From assembly GCF_000025505.1 (NCBI RefSeq), contig NC_013849.1, forward strand, positions 1,410,001 to 1,442,000: 32,000 bases of DNA, read 5' to 3'. How positions within the stretch are numbered: the first letter of the stretch is position 1; every line of letters starts with the position of its first letter. Positions 1 to 9,108 of this stretch are shown here, in pieces. Position numbers and translations under genes: made by a program. The stretch comes from Ferroglobus placidus DSM 10642 (lineage in GTDB: Archaea; Halobacteriota; Archaeoglobi; Archaeoglobales; Archaeoglobaceae). Under the pieces are notes generated by a model, which worked only from the letters and a program-made list of their open reading frames with translations, was not told where the DNA came from and made no database searches.

Positions 1-223
1 CCAAAGCGAGTTTCATTCTCCTCTCTGTTCCGAAAGCGTTCAAAAGCACAGGAATGTCGTAACCCTTTGGATTTTCGAAGAGTAAGGCTTTTCCTCCCCT
101 TTTTACGACTCTATCTGCTATTTCCGTCATTTCGAGAATCGGGCTGACCTCGTGCTTTATTCTTGCAAGCTCGTTCTCCTCTTCAAGCCTATCGATGAAC
201 TCCCTGAGGTCTTCGTACGGCAT
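1..223 (-). CDS. UbiD-family decarboxylase, N-terminal part, runs off the window
   Basis: Not in the ORF track. Manual translation of the minus strand from the ATG at 221-223 gives MPYEDLREFIDRLEEENELARIKHEVSPILEMTEIADRVVKRGGKALLFENPKGYDIPVLLNAFGTERRMKLAL, typical of the UbiD N-terminus. Confidence 0.75.
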   Translation of the reverse strand, partial: MPYEDLREFIDRLEEENELARIKHEVSPILEMTEIADRVVKRGGKALLFENPKGYDIPVLLNAFGTERRMKLAL

Positions 224-496
224 GACAGTTTTTAAAGAAGGAAATGATAAAAAGCTTGTGTTATCGGAGTGGCTGACTTCTTTACGCGCGTCTTAATCTA
301 TCTGCAGCGAAGATAAATTAAATCTTTGACAGTTTGTCTGCGTTGATAGCTTTTGGACGAATTTACAGATGACCAGCACATTGTAAGTCAAGCATTGTTA
401 TACAACATGCCTGGAAAACTTTCTCCTACGTCTCCCCCGTATTTAAGCGTTGAAGAACAACGTCCAAATCCCCTTTAAACTTGTCAAACTTCTTCT

Positions 497-1132
497 TCAG
501 AACTCGAAAAGCTTCTTCTGTCCGAACTTCTTTCTGAGGTTCTCTACAGTCTTCCACCTCTTCCTAACTATCTCGGGAATTTTCCCTCTTTTAATCTGCT
601 CTTCGAGCCACCTTCTTGTCTTCTCATCAGAAGCGTAACCGCTTCCGAAGTCTCCGTACTCTCTTTTTAGTTCCTCGATTATCTCATCTCTCAGACACTT
701 GGCAATTATGGATGCGGCAGCGACGACAACTTCCCTTTCCCCTTCGTGCATCGCAACAACCTTTTTCCCCGTTAGCCGCTTCAGCTCTTCCTCAAGCCTT
801 TCCGGCTTTACGTCGAAGCTGTCCACGAAGACAACATCCGGATTTAGCTTGGAAATTATTTCCACGCAAGCTTCCTTTAAAATTTCGTTTATCGTCGTTT
901 TTTCCATTTTCGAGTTCAGTTCTTCTGGAGAGATTACGATCGTTTCATGTTCAACAATCTCTTTCAGCTTTTCCGCGAGTTCTTTCCTTTTCTCTGGACT
1001 TAGCCTTTTAGAATCTTTCACTCCGAGTTTTTTTAAAGCTTCAACATCCTTCTCCTCGCATGAGACTCCGCAAACGACTAATGGTCCGATGACAGGACCT
1101 TTTCCAGCCTCGTCTATCCCGGCGATTTTCAT
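497..1132 (-). CDS. rnhB: Ribonuclease HII
   Basis: MKIAGIDEAGKGPVIGPLVVCG start motif, plus DSFDVKPERL and AAASIIAKCLRDE motifs; 211 aa. Confidence 0.95.
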   Translation of the reverse strand: MKIAGIDEAGKGPVIGPLVVCGVSCEEKDVEALKKLGVKDSKRLSPEKRKELAEKLKEIVEHETIVISPEELNSKMEKTTINEILKEACVEIISKLNPDVVFVDSFDVKPERLEEELKRLTGKKVVAMHEGEREVVVAAASIIAKCLRDEIIEELKREYGDFGSGYASDEKTRRWLEEQIKRGKIPEIVRKRWKTVENLRKKFGQKKLFEF

Positions 1133-1133
1133 C

Positions 1134-2429
1134 TCACAGTCCTAACTTCAGTCCCTTTATCGGCAGCTTACCCTTCTTCAACCTCTTCATCAGATTTTTC
1201 ATCGTGTTGTAGTAATTTAGAAGCTCCTTAACGTCCTGCGGCGTCGTTCCGCTTCCTATCGCTATCCTTCTAATCCTCGAGGAGTCGATTATCTTCGGAT
1301 TTAGCAGCTCTTCTTCCGTCATCGAGTCCATGATAACCTTGAACTTTTTCATCTTCTCCTGAGTCATTTCCAACGCCTCATCGTCAACCTTCAGCGAGAA
1401 GCCGAAGGGCAGCATTTCGAAGATCTTAGAAATGGGTCCCATTTTGTTCATCGCCTCAAGCTGCTTGTAAACGTCTTTCAACGTGAACTTTCCTTTCAAG
1501 AAAGCTTCGGGATCCAATTCCTCCTCTTTAACTATCCTTTCAACCTTCTCGAGGAGAGCTTTAATATCGCCCATTCCTAACAGCCTTGAAACGAAGCCGG
1601 CTGGATCGAACTTTTCGAAATCTTCTATCTTCTCTCCAGTTCCTATGAAGGCTATTGGAATTCCTATGAGCCTCGCAGCTGACAAAGCGCCACCTCCTTT
1701 TGCCGTTCCGTCGAACTTTGTTATGACTATAGCATCTATGCCGACGGCTTCGTTGAAAGCTTCGGCTTGCTTGCTTGCGAGCTGTCCTATGGAAGCGTCT
1801 AAAACTAAGAACTTGTAATCCGGTTTTGAAACTTCCGCAATTCTCTTCATCTCCTCTATTAGCTCTTCCTCCAACGCGTGCCTTCCGGCTGTGTCGATGA
1901 CGATTACGTCGTAGTCCTTAAGTGCTTCCAAACCTTCCTTGACTATCTTAACCGCATCTTTCTCCTCCTTTTTCCCGAAAAATCCTAATCCGGCTTGTTC
2001 AGCAAGCTGTTTTAGCTGTTCGTAAGCTGCCGGGCGGTGAGTGTCTCCGGCTATTACTGCTGCTTTCATACCTTTGTCTTTGAAGTACTTGGCAATTTTT
2101 GCCGCCGTTGTCGTTTTTCCGCTACCCTGCAAACCCACGAGCATGATCTTGCTCTTCTTCAACGGAATGTCGAAGCCTTCCCCAACTCCCCTCAGAATTT
2201 CTTCGTAAACTATCTTTATTATGTGCTCCCTCGGATTTAAGCCGGAAAGAACCTCTTCGCTTAGAGCTCTCTTTTTTATAGCGTCGCTTATCTCCTTAAC
2301 CTGCCTGACGTTTACGTCAGCCTTAATCAGAGCTCTTTGCACATCCCTCACAATTTCCTCAACGAGCTTCTTATCAACGCTGGATGATCTTGCAATCTTT
2401 TTCACGACATCCTTTAAGCTTGAAAGCAT
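1134..2429 (-). CDS. srp54: Signal recognition particle 54 kDa protein (SRP54/Ffh GTPase)
   Basis: GLQGSGKTTTAAKIA, DTAGRHALE, TKFDGTAKGGGALSA, and C-terminal M domain with SSRIRRIAIGSGTTPQDVKELL. Confidence 0.96.
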   Translation of the reverse strand: MLSSLKDVVKKIARSSSVDKKLVEEIVRDVQRALIKADVNVRQVKEISDAIKKRALSEEVLSGLNPREHIIKIVYEEILRGVGEGFDIPLKKSKIMLVGLQGSGKTTTAAKIAKYFKDKGMKAAVIAGDTHRPAAYEQLKQLAEQAGLGFFGKKEEKDAVKIVKEGLEALKDYDVIVIDTAGRHALEEELIEEMKRIAEVSKPDYKFLVLDASIGQLASKQAEAFNEAVGIDAIVITKFDGTAKGGGALSAARLIGIPIAFIGTGEKIEDFEKFDPAGFVSRLLGMGDIKALLEKVERIVKEEELDPEAFLKGKFTLKDVYKQLEAMNKMGPISKIFEMLPFGFSLKVDDEALEMTQEKMKKFKVIMDSMTEEELLNPKIIDSSRIRRIAIGSGTTPQDVKELLNYYNTMKNLMKRLKKGKLPIKGLKLGL

Positions 2430-2469
2430 ACAGCGTAAACGTTATACTACGAGGATAAAAACTTTCCGT

Positions 2470-3414
2470 ATGAAAATAGAAAAAATCAAGCTGCCGAGCC
2501 CCTTTCCTCCGAATCACACGAACTCTTATCTAATAAACGATCTCCTTTTGGTAGACGCTGGCGTGAATTCTGAAGAGAACGTGAAAATCCTCGAAAAATT
2601 TAGCGATGACGTTATTCTCTTCCTAACTCACCCCCACGCCGATCACTTTGGTGCAGCTTATCTCTTCAAATTCGCTTACGGGCACGAAATAACGTGCAAA
2701 AGGCTGAAAGATGCCGAAGAAGAGTACTTCGAGTTGGTTTACCACCACTTCATCTCCGAGGGATTGCCGGAAAGTCTCGCTAAAAAAATGCAGGAGAGAG
2801 CAAAAGAGAGGTATAGGGGATACGTAATTCCTTGCGATAACTGCAAGAAAGCTCCGGAGAGAATAAAAGTGGACGGAGACGTTTTCGAGGTAATTCACAC
2901 TCCCGGTCACTCTTTCGGACACCTCTGCTTGTATCACAAGGAGAAGAAGATTATTTTCTGCGGAGACATAGTTCTTGAGGACATAACTCCAAATCCTGTT
3001 ATAGAGCCGATAAACGAGGAGAAAAGGCTTTGCGTTCTCGAACAATACGTAGAGACTTTGAGAAAACTTTACAGATTGGAAGTTAGAAAAGCTTACCCCG
3101 GGCACAGGGAAATAAGGAGAAACTGGAGAGAGCTAATTTTAAGCTACGTCGACAACTGGAGGAAGAGGAGTTTAGAAGTCTGGAAGCTCGCCGAGGGGAA
3201 AACGGCTTTCGAAATTGCAACGACTCTCTTCCCAGATATAAGACAGATATTCCTTGCGATGACGGAAACCATAGCTCACGCGGACTTTCTCCTTTCCAAC
3301 AACTTAATAGAGAAGAGAGGAATGAGATACTTCAGGTGCTCCGAAAGGGAGGAAGTTGAAGAAATGTGGAAAAGAATAGAAGAGAGGATAACGAGAGGAG
3401 GGCGAGATCGATAG
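2470..3414 (+). CDS. Metallo-beta-lactamase-fold hydrolase
   Basis: FLTHPHADHFGA, VIHTPGHSFGHLCLY, FCGDIVLEDITP. The track start (2221) lies inside antisense srp54; a better start is ATG 2470 (MKIEKIKLPSPFPPNHTNSYLI). Confidence 0.88.
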   Translation: MKIEKIKLPSPFPPNHTNSYLINDLLLVDAGVNSEENVKILEKFSDDVILFLTHPHADHFGAAYLFKFAYGHEITCKRLKDAEEEYFELVYHHFISEGLPESLAKKMQERAKERYRGYVIPCDNCKKAPERIKVDGDVFEVIHTPGHSFGHLCLYHKEKKIIFCGDIVLEDITPNPVIEPINEEKRLCVLEQYVETLRKLYRLEVRKAYPGHREIRRNWRELILSYVDNWRKRSLEVWKLAEGKTAFEIATTLFPDIRQIFLAMTETIAHADFLLSNNLIEKRGMRYFRCSEREEVEEMWKRIEERITRGGRDR

Positions 3415-3976
3415 CTTTTGGTTTCCTAATCTCGTAGTAAGCTTTTTCGCTGAAACCCTTGCTGTAAAGAGTTTCTCCCAAGCTTAGAGATCTTATTATC
3501 ACCGCTGCCACGAAAGCTTTAAGCATCGAATAGTATTTTCTCGCCCCTCCTCCGTAAAGAAATTTCACGTTTTCGAGGTCGTTAACAACTGTTGGAAGCA
3601 AAGCTAAGGGTATTCCGACGTAGCTGGCGAACTTTTCCGGAAATTTGAAGTAAATCAGCGCTCCGACGATTTCTGAGTACTTTGAAGACGTTATCAAAGC
3701 TCCGGAACAGAGAATACCTACGAAAGCGATAAGGACGTTGAAGCCGGAGATGAGGGAAGAGATGAAAAGAAGTAATAGAACTGGAAGGAAACCGAGAATA
3801 AACCTTAGAACTTTCCCTTTGGAGAAAAATGCGGAAATCGCTACCGAGCATAGAGATGCTGGAATGCTGAATCCGGAGAGGTATATTGAGGAAGTTAAAA
3901 AGAGCGAAGAGAGTAGAACGCACCTTCCTTCGAGGTTTCCTTCTTTGAAACCCTCTTTTAAGTTTTCGATTATCAT
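3332..3976 (-). CDS. ECF transporter transmembrane (T) component-like membrane protein
   Basis: Multiple hydrophobic segments, C-terminal coupling-like motif, and position directly downstream of the ECF ATPase with an ATGA stop/start overlap when started at 3976 (MIIENLKEG...). Confidence 0.65.
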   Translation of the reverse strand: MIIENLKEGFKEGNLEGRCVLLSSLFLTSSIYLSGFSIPASLCSVAISAFFSKGKVLRFILGFLPVLLLLFISSLISGFNVLIAFVGILCSGALITSSKYSEIVGALIYFKFPEKFASYVGIPLALLPTVVNDLENVKFLYGGGARKYYSMLKAFVAAVIIRSLSLGETLYSKGFSEKAYYEIRKPKAIDLALLSLSSLLFFSTFLQLPPFRST

Positions 3977-5058
3977 ACTTCCACGACTCTGTCGCAACTA
4001 CTTGCAAGCTTTAAATCGTGAGTCGCAATTACTGCCGTTTTTCTGTATTTCCTAAGAAGGTAAAGCAGCTTTTCTCTGAAATTCACGTCCAATCCGGCGG
4101 TGGGCTCGTCGAGGAGAAGGACTTCGTGCTTGAAAGCCTTCGCAATGGCGACTTTCCTCATCTGCCCGACGCTGAGGGATTGGGGGTGTCTATTCGCTAC
4201 CTTTTCAAGCTCGAATTCCGAGAGAAAGTTTCCAGCTTCATCCTTAACCCTTTTTTCAGTAAGGTGGTACGCGGGATTTTGAAGAACGATTCCAACGTCA
4301 AGCCTTCTCATCTCTTTCGCAAGCTTTTTCAACAACATCGTTTTCCCAGCCCCGTTTTCTCCGATAACAGCCACAATTTCTCCTTTTCTGATCCTCAAAG
4401 CTCCGTCGTGAATCACTTCACCGATCTCGCTTTTAAGCTCTGGATAGCTTTTTTCTTCGATTCCGAAGTTGACAATTCTTTCGAAGCAATCGGAAAACTC
4501 TATCCTGTGTTCCGCGACGACGACCTTCTCGTCTTTCAGAATTTCGATTACTCTTTTCGCACTCCTCTCGCTTAAATGAGCGAAAGGCTCATCGAGAGCG
4601 ATTAGCTTCGAACTCGAAAGAATTGCCGAAGCTATTTCAACGAGCTGTAGCTCTCCCGTGGATAACTCGAAGGTGTATCTCTCAAGTAGGTGTGAAATTC
4701 TAAGCTCTTCAGCCAGCTCCTCAGCCTCTTTCAAAGCTTCGGATTTTTTCCAGCCTCTCTGAATTAGGGGAAAAATCAGCTCCTCTTTCACCCTCGAACA
4801 GGTTATGCTTTCCTCGGGAATCTGCTTAACGTATGCAACATCCTTTGGATTCGGCTTTCCTCCGAAAATTTTCACCGATCCTCTAAGCTCTCCCCCGTAA
4901 AAGTTCGGGATTAAACCGTTCAAAAGCTTTAATAAAGTACTTTTTCCGCTTCCGGTCGAGCCAATTATAATTTCGTTTCCGTACAGTTCGAGCTTCAAAT
5001 TTTCCAACCCGACCTCTCCGTTCGGGTAAACGTATTTCTCTACGCTAAGCTCGATCAA
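3973..5058 (-). CDS. ECF transporter ATPase, two ABC ATPase domains fused in one 361-aa protein
   Basis: Two Walker A motifs (GSTGSGKST, GENGAGKT), two signature-like motifs (LSTGELQ, LSVGQMR) and two Walker B motifs (LIALDEP, VLLLDEPTAG). Confidence 0.85.
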   Translation of the reverse strand: MIELSVEKYVYPNGEVGLENLKLELYGNEIIIGSTGSGKSTLLKLLNGLIPNFYGGELRGSVKIFGGKPNPKDVAYVKQIPEESITCSRVKEELIFPLIQRGWKKSEALKEAEELAEELRISHLLERYTFELSTGELQLVEIASAILSSSKLIALDEPFAHLSERSAKRVIEILKDEKVVVAEHRIEFSDCFERIVNFGIEEKSYPELKSEIGEVIHDGALRIRKGEIVAVIGENGAGKTMLLKKLAKEMRRLDVGIVLQNPAYHLTEKRVKDEAGNFLSEFELEKVANRHPQSLSVGQMRKVAIAKAFKHEVLLLDEPTAGLDVNFREKLLYLLRKYRKTAVIATHDLKLASSCDRVVEV

Positions 5059-5665
5059 CTTCCACTCCCCTCTCTCTCAGCATTTCCCACACGTACTTAA
5101 AAACGAGTACCGCAAGTAAGTGATCCACGAAAAAGTCTTGGGGAATGAAAATTAGGACGGTCGAGAAGAACAATAGGACTGCTGGAGACGTCGATTCGAA
5201 GCCGAAGAACTCGGCAGCCTTCTCAGCCCAAGCCAGAAGTTTCTCGTTAGCCAGTGCGAATTTGTAGAACACGATAAATCCGAGAAGGTAGATGGGAATT
5301 GAAGCTAAGAACGTTGATAACCAAAGAAGAACGATCTCCCTTCTATCTCCTTTCTTCCAAATTACTTCTCTGAAAATTCCTGCGAGAAGTGCTGAAATGA
5401 CGAATCCGTAGAGGAATCCTGAGGTGGGTCCGAGGAGGACTCCCAATCCTCCGCCTCCTGCTGCGAAGGGCAAACCCAAGGCTATTAAGGCTAAGTATAA
5501 AATTACAGCGAGAAATCCTTGCTTTCCCAAGAGAAATCCAGCAAGCATAACTCCGAAGTTCTGCATCGTATAGGGAACCGGACCGAGTTTGAAGTTTATT
5601 TGCGCTGAAGCGGCGATTATCAAAGCTGAGGCGATTATGAACGACACTTTTTTATAGTCAACCAT
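5045..5665 (-). CDS. bioY: BioY-family biotin transporter substrate-binding component
   Basis: QINFKLGPVPYTMQNFGVMLAGFLLG...GLPFAAGGGGLGVLLGPTSGFLYGF is diagnostic of BioY. Preferred start is MVDYKKVS (5665) rather than 5689; see findings. Confidence 0.9.
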   Translation of the reverse strand: MVDYKKVSFIIASALIIAASAQINFKLGPVPYTMQNFGVMLAGFLLGKQGFLAVILYLALIALGLPFAAGGGGLGVLLGPTSGFLYGFVISALLAGIFREVIWKKGDRREIVLLWLSTFLASIPIYLLGFIVFYKFALANEKLLAWAEKAAEFFGFESTSPAVLLFFSTVLIFIPQDFFVDHLLAVLVFKYVWEMLRERGVEVDRA

Positions 5666-5683
5666 GTATGTAAAAAAGTTGAC
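5657..5683. promoter_or_regulatory. Candidate operator: inverted repeat GTCAAC-N15-GTTGAC overlapping the bioY start
   Basis: GTCAAC at 5657-5662 and GTTGAC at 5678-5683, downstream of a CTTAAA-type TATA-like box (read on the minus strand). Confidence 0.4.
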
Positions 5684-5718
5684 GAACATTTAAGTTTTTC
5701 GAAGCTGTCATCTAAGGT

Positions 5719-6294
5719 GTGCCGAGAGTGTTTGTAAATGCCGAGTTAAGTTCCATAAAAAGCATGATCGAGGAATTTTTGAAAAGTAAAAATATAAAAT
5801 TTAAAGTTAAAAATTTTAGGACGAGATTTGGAATTAGAATGGTCGAGTACAGGGTTGGCTTGCTGAGAAGAATTAAAATAGTCGTTTACGAGTGGGGAAT
5901 GCAAGTAAGTTTTCCGAAGAAGTTTAAAGAGCTTGAGAACGTGCTATCCATTTACAGGACTTATCCTCCAAAGTTGGAGAAAGACGAGTTTTTAGATCGG
6001 TTGATCGAGCTTCAAATTTACGAGAAAAAGTTGGAAGTTGCAAGAAAAGCTTTGGTGCTTAGAATTTCAATCTCGGCAGCAGCCTCAATTATTATAGCTT
6101 TTTATAGTTTTCTTGCGGCTCTTATGTTCTTTTTAACTTTTACGACTTTGAGTCTGATCTTCCCGGCATTTAGATATTATAGTCCTACTAATCCATTTTC
6201 AGAGCCCTCTAACTTTGCCGTTCCGGTTCTGTACTTTAAGTATAAATCGAAGGTCGAGGAACTCAAAAAGTACAAGTATTTGCTGCGGAAGTGA
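5719..6294 (+). CDS. Hypothetical protein with C-terminal transmembrane hairpin
   Basis: 191 aa, GTG start; soluble basic N-terminal region followed by two adjacent hydrophobic segments (ISISAAASIIIAFYSFLAALMFFLTFTTLSLIFP). Confidence 0.6.
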   Translation: MPRVFVNAELSSIKSMIEEFLKSKNIKFKVKNFRTRFGIRMVEYRVGLLRRIKIVVYEWGMQVSFPKKFKELENVLSIYRTYPPKLEKDEFLDRLIELQIYEKKLEVARKALVLRISISAAASIIIAFYSFLAALMFFLTFTTLSLIFPAFRYYSPTNPFSEPSNFAVPVLYFKYKSKVEELKKYKYLLRK

Positions 6295-6345
6295 TGAATT
6301 CAAAACTCTTAAAAAGTTTTTAATCCGGACGGTAAGTGTTTCTTG

Positions 6346-7305
6346 ATGAAACTTAAAAGGCACAGAAAAAATCCTATTATAGAGCCGAGGGGAGACGACT
6401 GGGAAGCTTTGGCGACTTTCAACCCGGGAGTCGCTCTAAGAGATGACAAGATCTACGTTTTCTACAGGGCTGTTGGAGAATACGTTAACTACATCTCAAG
6501 GCTCGGGCTGGCGATTTTCGATAAAGAGCTAAACCTGATAGAAAGGAAGGGCGAACCTGTTTTCGCTCCAGATTTAAAGCTGTGGGAGCTGTCGATAGAG
6601 GATGCGAGAGTAACTCAGATAAACGGCTTTTACTACTTCACGTACGTAACGACGATAACTCCGGCACCTCCTTTCGGTGTAAGGAAGAAATTTGGAATTC
6701 CAAAGCCCGAGCAGGCTTTTTCAAAGTGTGCTGTGGCTGTTACGAAAGACTTTAACAGCTTTAAGAGACTCGGAATAGTTACTCCCCACGACGCTGAAGA
6801 GAGGAACCTCGTTTTATTCCCGGAAAAGTTTAACGGAAAATTCGCAGCTCTTCATCGACCGGCTAAGTGGCTGAGCGAAAATCTGGAGAAGCCAGAGGTA
6901 AGGTTCGCGATTCTCGACATTCCGGGGGTGATAAGGGAAAGCAGAAAAGTTCTGGAGCCCGAGGAGAAGTGGGAGGAGAAGAAAGTTGGAGCCGGACCGC
7001 CGCCGATAAAAACGGAAAAAGGTTGGCTTTTAATCTACCACGGAGTCGATGAGAGGGACGTGTACAGAGCCGGAGCGGCACTTCTCGACCTGGAAAAACC
7101 TTGGAAGGTTATTTCGAAGCTGGAAAAGCCAATTTTGGAGCCGGAAAAAGAGTACGAGAGGGAAGGAGACGTTCCTAACGTTGTTTTTCCGACCGGAGCC
7201 GTTAAGATCGAGGACGAACTTCTCGTCTTTTACGGAGGAGCCGACAAGGTTTGCTGTGTGGCGAGCTGCAACATTAACGATTTAATTGACGAGCTGATAC
7301 CATGA
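6346..7305 (+). CDS. GH130-like beta-mannoside phosphorylase/glycosidase
   Basis: HRKNPIIEPRGDDWEALATFNPGVALRDDKIYVFYRAVGE, SIEDARVTQINGFYYFTYV, LLIYHGVDERDVYRAGAALLDLEKPWKV. ATG at 6346 follows the track TTG start at 6343. Confidence 0.85.
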   Translation: MKLKRHRKNPIIEPRGDDWEALATFNPGVALRDDKIYVFYRAVGEYVNYISRLGLAIFDKELNLIERKGEPVFAPDLKLWELSIEDARVTQINGFYYFTYVTTITPAPPFGVRKKFGIPKPEQAFSKCAVAVTKDFNSFKRLGIVTPHDAEERNLVLFPEKFNGKFAALHRPAKWLSENLEKPEVRFAILDIPGVIRESRKVLEPEEKWEEKKVGAGPPPIKTEKGWLLIYHGVDERDVYRAGAALLDLEKPWKVISKLEKPILEPEKEYEREGDVPNVVFPTGAVKIEDELLVFYGGADKVCCVASCNINDLIDELIP

Positions 7306-8330
7306 GGATAGCGATTCTCTCAAGATGGAACTCAGCATGCGGAGTTTCGCTTTTGGCTGAGCTCGTAGGAAGGGAGTTCGCTAAGAAGCACGAAGTCGTC
7401 GTTTTCGCTCCAACGGTTATAAGAAGAGTGAGAGAGGATGAGAACTTCGTTATAAGGTGTTACAGCGATGTGGAAAGTGAGGAGAAATTCTTCAATCCCG
7501 AACCATTCCTTGAGAAAGATTACGACGTTTTCGTAGCTCAGAGAATCGAATGGACGCCGATGGAAGAAATTCTTAAAATTTTCCCCGAGATAAGAAGGAA
7601 GGCAAAAACAGTCTACATAGTCCACGAGAGAAAGCCGCCCACAAATCCGATCTTTTATAAATTTGACTGGGACGCCGTCGTTTGCTTCGATGAGAGGTAC
7701 GTTAGGCAGTGGGAGAAGACGAAGTATGGGGATAAGCTAAAAATCATTCCTTATCCGACCGGACACCTCGTTAGAGGAGATAAAGAGAAGAGCAGGAGGA
7801 AGATTGGAATAAGCGATGAAAAAATTTTGCTCAGCTACGGCTGGAAACCCGAGCTTCACGTTCTTCCAGCTTTCCCCGCTTTGAAAGAGCTTAGCAAGGA
7901 AATCGATTACAAATTCTTACTCCTCGTCGATCCGGAATCGAAGTTCGAGTTGAAGGATGAATTCGTCGAAATCAGAAGGGAAAGACCTCCTTTAGAGGAA
8001 CTCTACGAATACTTGCATGCGGCAGATGTCTGCTTGATTCACAAGGAGAAGAGTGAAGTGAGAGAAGGGGAAGTCGTCGTTTCGAGCTCGGTTTTAATGT
8101 GCCTCGGAGCTTTAACTCCGATAGTCACTTCCGACACGGAGTTCGTGTCTTTTTTGGACAGGGAAGTTATAAAGTACAGAACTCTGGAAGAACTGAAGGA
8201 AATACTCAGGGGAATTTTTGAAGGAAAGTTAGACGTTTCAGAAACGATTTCAGCGGCTGAAGAGTACGTGAAGAGAAACTGTCCGGAAGTAATAGCTTCG
8301 AGGTACGTGGAGCTTTTCGAGGAGCTTTAA
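7302..8330 (+). CDS. Glycosyltransferase (GT-B, GT4-like)
   Basis: MRIAILSRWNSACGVSLLAELVGREF...VFAPTVI N-terminal Rossmann-like start; ATGA overlap with the upstream GH130-like gene; clearly similar to the CDS at 30189-31223. Confidence 0.75.
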   Translation: MRIAILSRWNSACGVSLLAELVGREFAKKHEVVVFAPTVIRRVREDENFVIRCYSDVESEEKFFNPEPFLEKDYDVFVAQRIEWTPMEEILKIFPEIRRKAKTVYIVHERKPPTNPIFYKFDWDAVVCFDERYVRQWEKTKYGDKLKIIPYPTGHLVRGDKEKSRRKIGISDEKILLSYGWKPELHVLPAFPALKELSKEIDYKFLLLVDPESKFELKDEFVEIRRERPPLEELYEYLHAADVCLIHKEKSEVREGEVVVSSSVLMCLGALTPIVTSDTEFVSFLDREVIKYRTLEELKEILRGIFEGKLDVSETISAAEEYVKRNCPEVIASRYVELFEEL

Positions 8331-8725
8331 AGTCTTTCCTGTTTGTATTTCCCTACAACTTCTTCGAAATCCTTTCCCAAGTGGTAGTTGCTTTCGTCAA
8401 TCTTGTAACCTCTTTCGGTCTCTACGAGGTCGGCGACTGTAAAAAATTTCCACTTCTTTCTCGGCAGTTTGAAAGCTACCAGAGGCTTAGCTCCGAAGAG
8501 GTTTGAGAACATCACGAGCTCTCTGATTTTTTCGCCTTCTATGTATAGCGGCAGCTCTTTTCTCATTTTAACTTCGAGCGCGTAAAACGTTTTCCCGTTT
8601 CCTACGATTAAATCCGGAGAGGGGTGAGAAGAAGAACCGCTTCCGGCAACTCTCACAGCGGCAAATCCGTTATTCCAGAAAAGTTCTAAAAGCTCTCGCT
8701 CGAATCTGCTGCCCTTCCTCTTCAT
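8327..8725 (-). CDS. hjc: Archaeal Holliday junction resolvase Hjc
   Basis: [43 protein letters not shown]...ALEVKMRK. Confidence 0.92.
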   Translation of the reverse strand: MKRKGSRFERELLELFWNNGFAAVRVAGSGSSSHPSPDLIVGNGKTFYALEVKMRKELPLYIEGEKIRELVMFSNLFGAKPLVAFKLPRKKWKFFTVADLVETERGYKIDESNYHLGKDFEEVVGKYKQERL

Positions 8726-9108
8726 ATCTCCTCAATTTCCACGAACTTCATCTCTCTTAAATAGCCAGTCTCCACTCCTTCCTCGTTCGCTCTCCTCCTC
8801 AAGTTTTTGTCGTTGGTTATTAGCGTCGCTTTAAATTTCTTGGCTACCTGCAAAAGAGCATCGTCCGTTCCAACGGCATTGCTTTCAACGATCTCGCAAT
8901 CTTTACAGCTTTCTATCAGCTTTATCGCAAGCTTAGCAGCTCTCTTCTCTTTTCCGGTTAAAGAAATGCTGAGGTTTTTCAACTCCTCGAAGACCTTATC
9001 GGGGATTAAAAATTTCTTAAATCCGAGTTCTCTTAGCTGATCGAGTATGTCAACTTTTTGGGTGAAAACGTAAATCAGAACGTTGGTGTCTAAAACAGCA
9101 GATTTCAC
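8722..9108 (-). CDS. PIN-domain protein (Fcf1/VapC-like)
   Basis: [41 protein letters not shown] acidic PIN motifs. The GTG at 9108 overlaps the aIF2-gamma stop as GTGA, better than the track start at 9138. Confidence 0.85.
   Translation of the reverse strand: MKSAVLDTNVLIYVFTQKVDILDQLRELGFKKFLIPDKVFEELKNLSISLTGKEKRAAKLAIKLIESCKDCEIVESNAVGTDDALLQVAKKFKATLITNDKNLRRRANEEGVETGYLREMKFVEIEEI

Noticed and set aside
224-496. Possible small RNA between the UbiD-like gene and rnhB
   Set aside because: No convincing C/D or H/ACA box arrangement or stable fold could be supported by eye.
616-1145. Plus-strand ORFs 616..1011 and 699..1145
   Set aside because: Antisense to rnhB; low-complexity Ser/Phe-rich translations typical of shadow ORFs.
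1483-1818. Plus-strand ORF antisense to srp54
   Set aside because: Shadow ORF with no recognisable motif; srp54 is unambiguous on the other strand.
2221-2469. N-terminal extension of the metallo-beta-lactamase ORF
   Set aside because: It lies antisense to the clear srp54 N-terminus, and the MBL domain begins properly at 2470.
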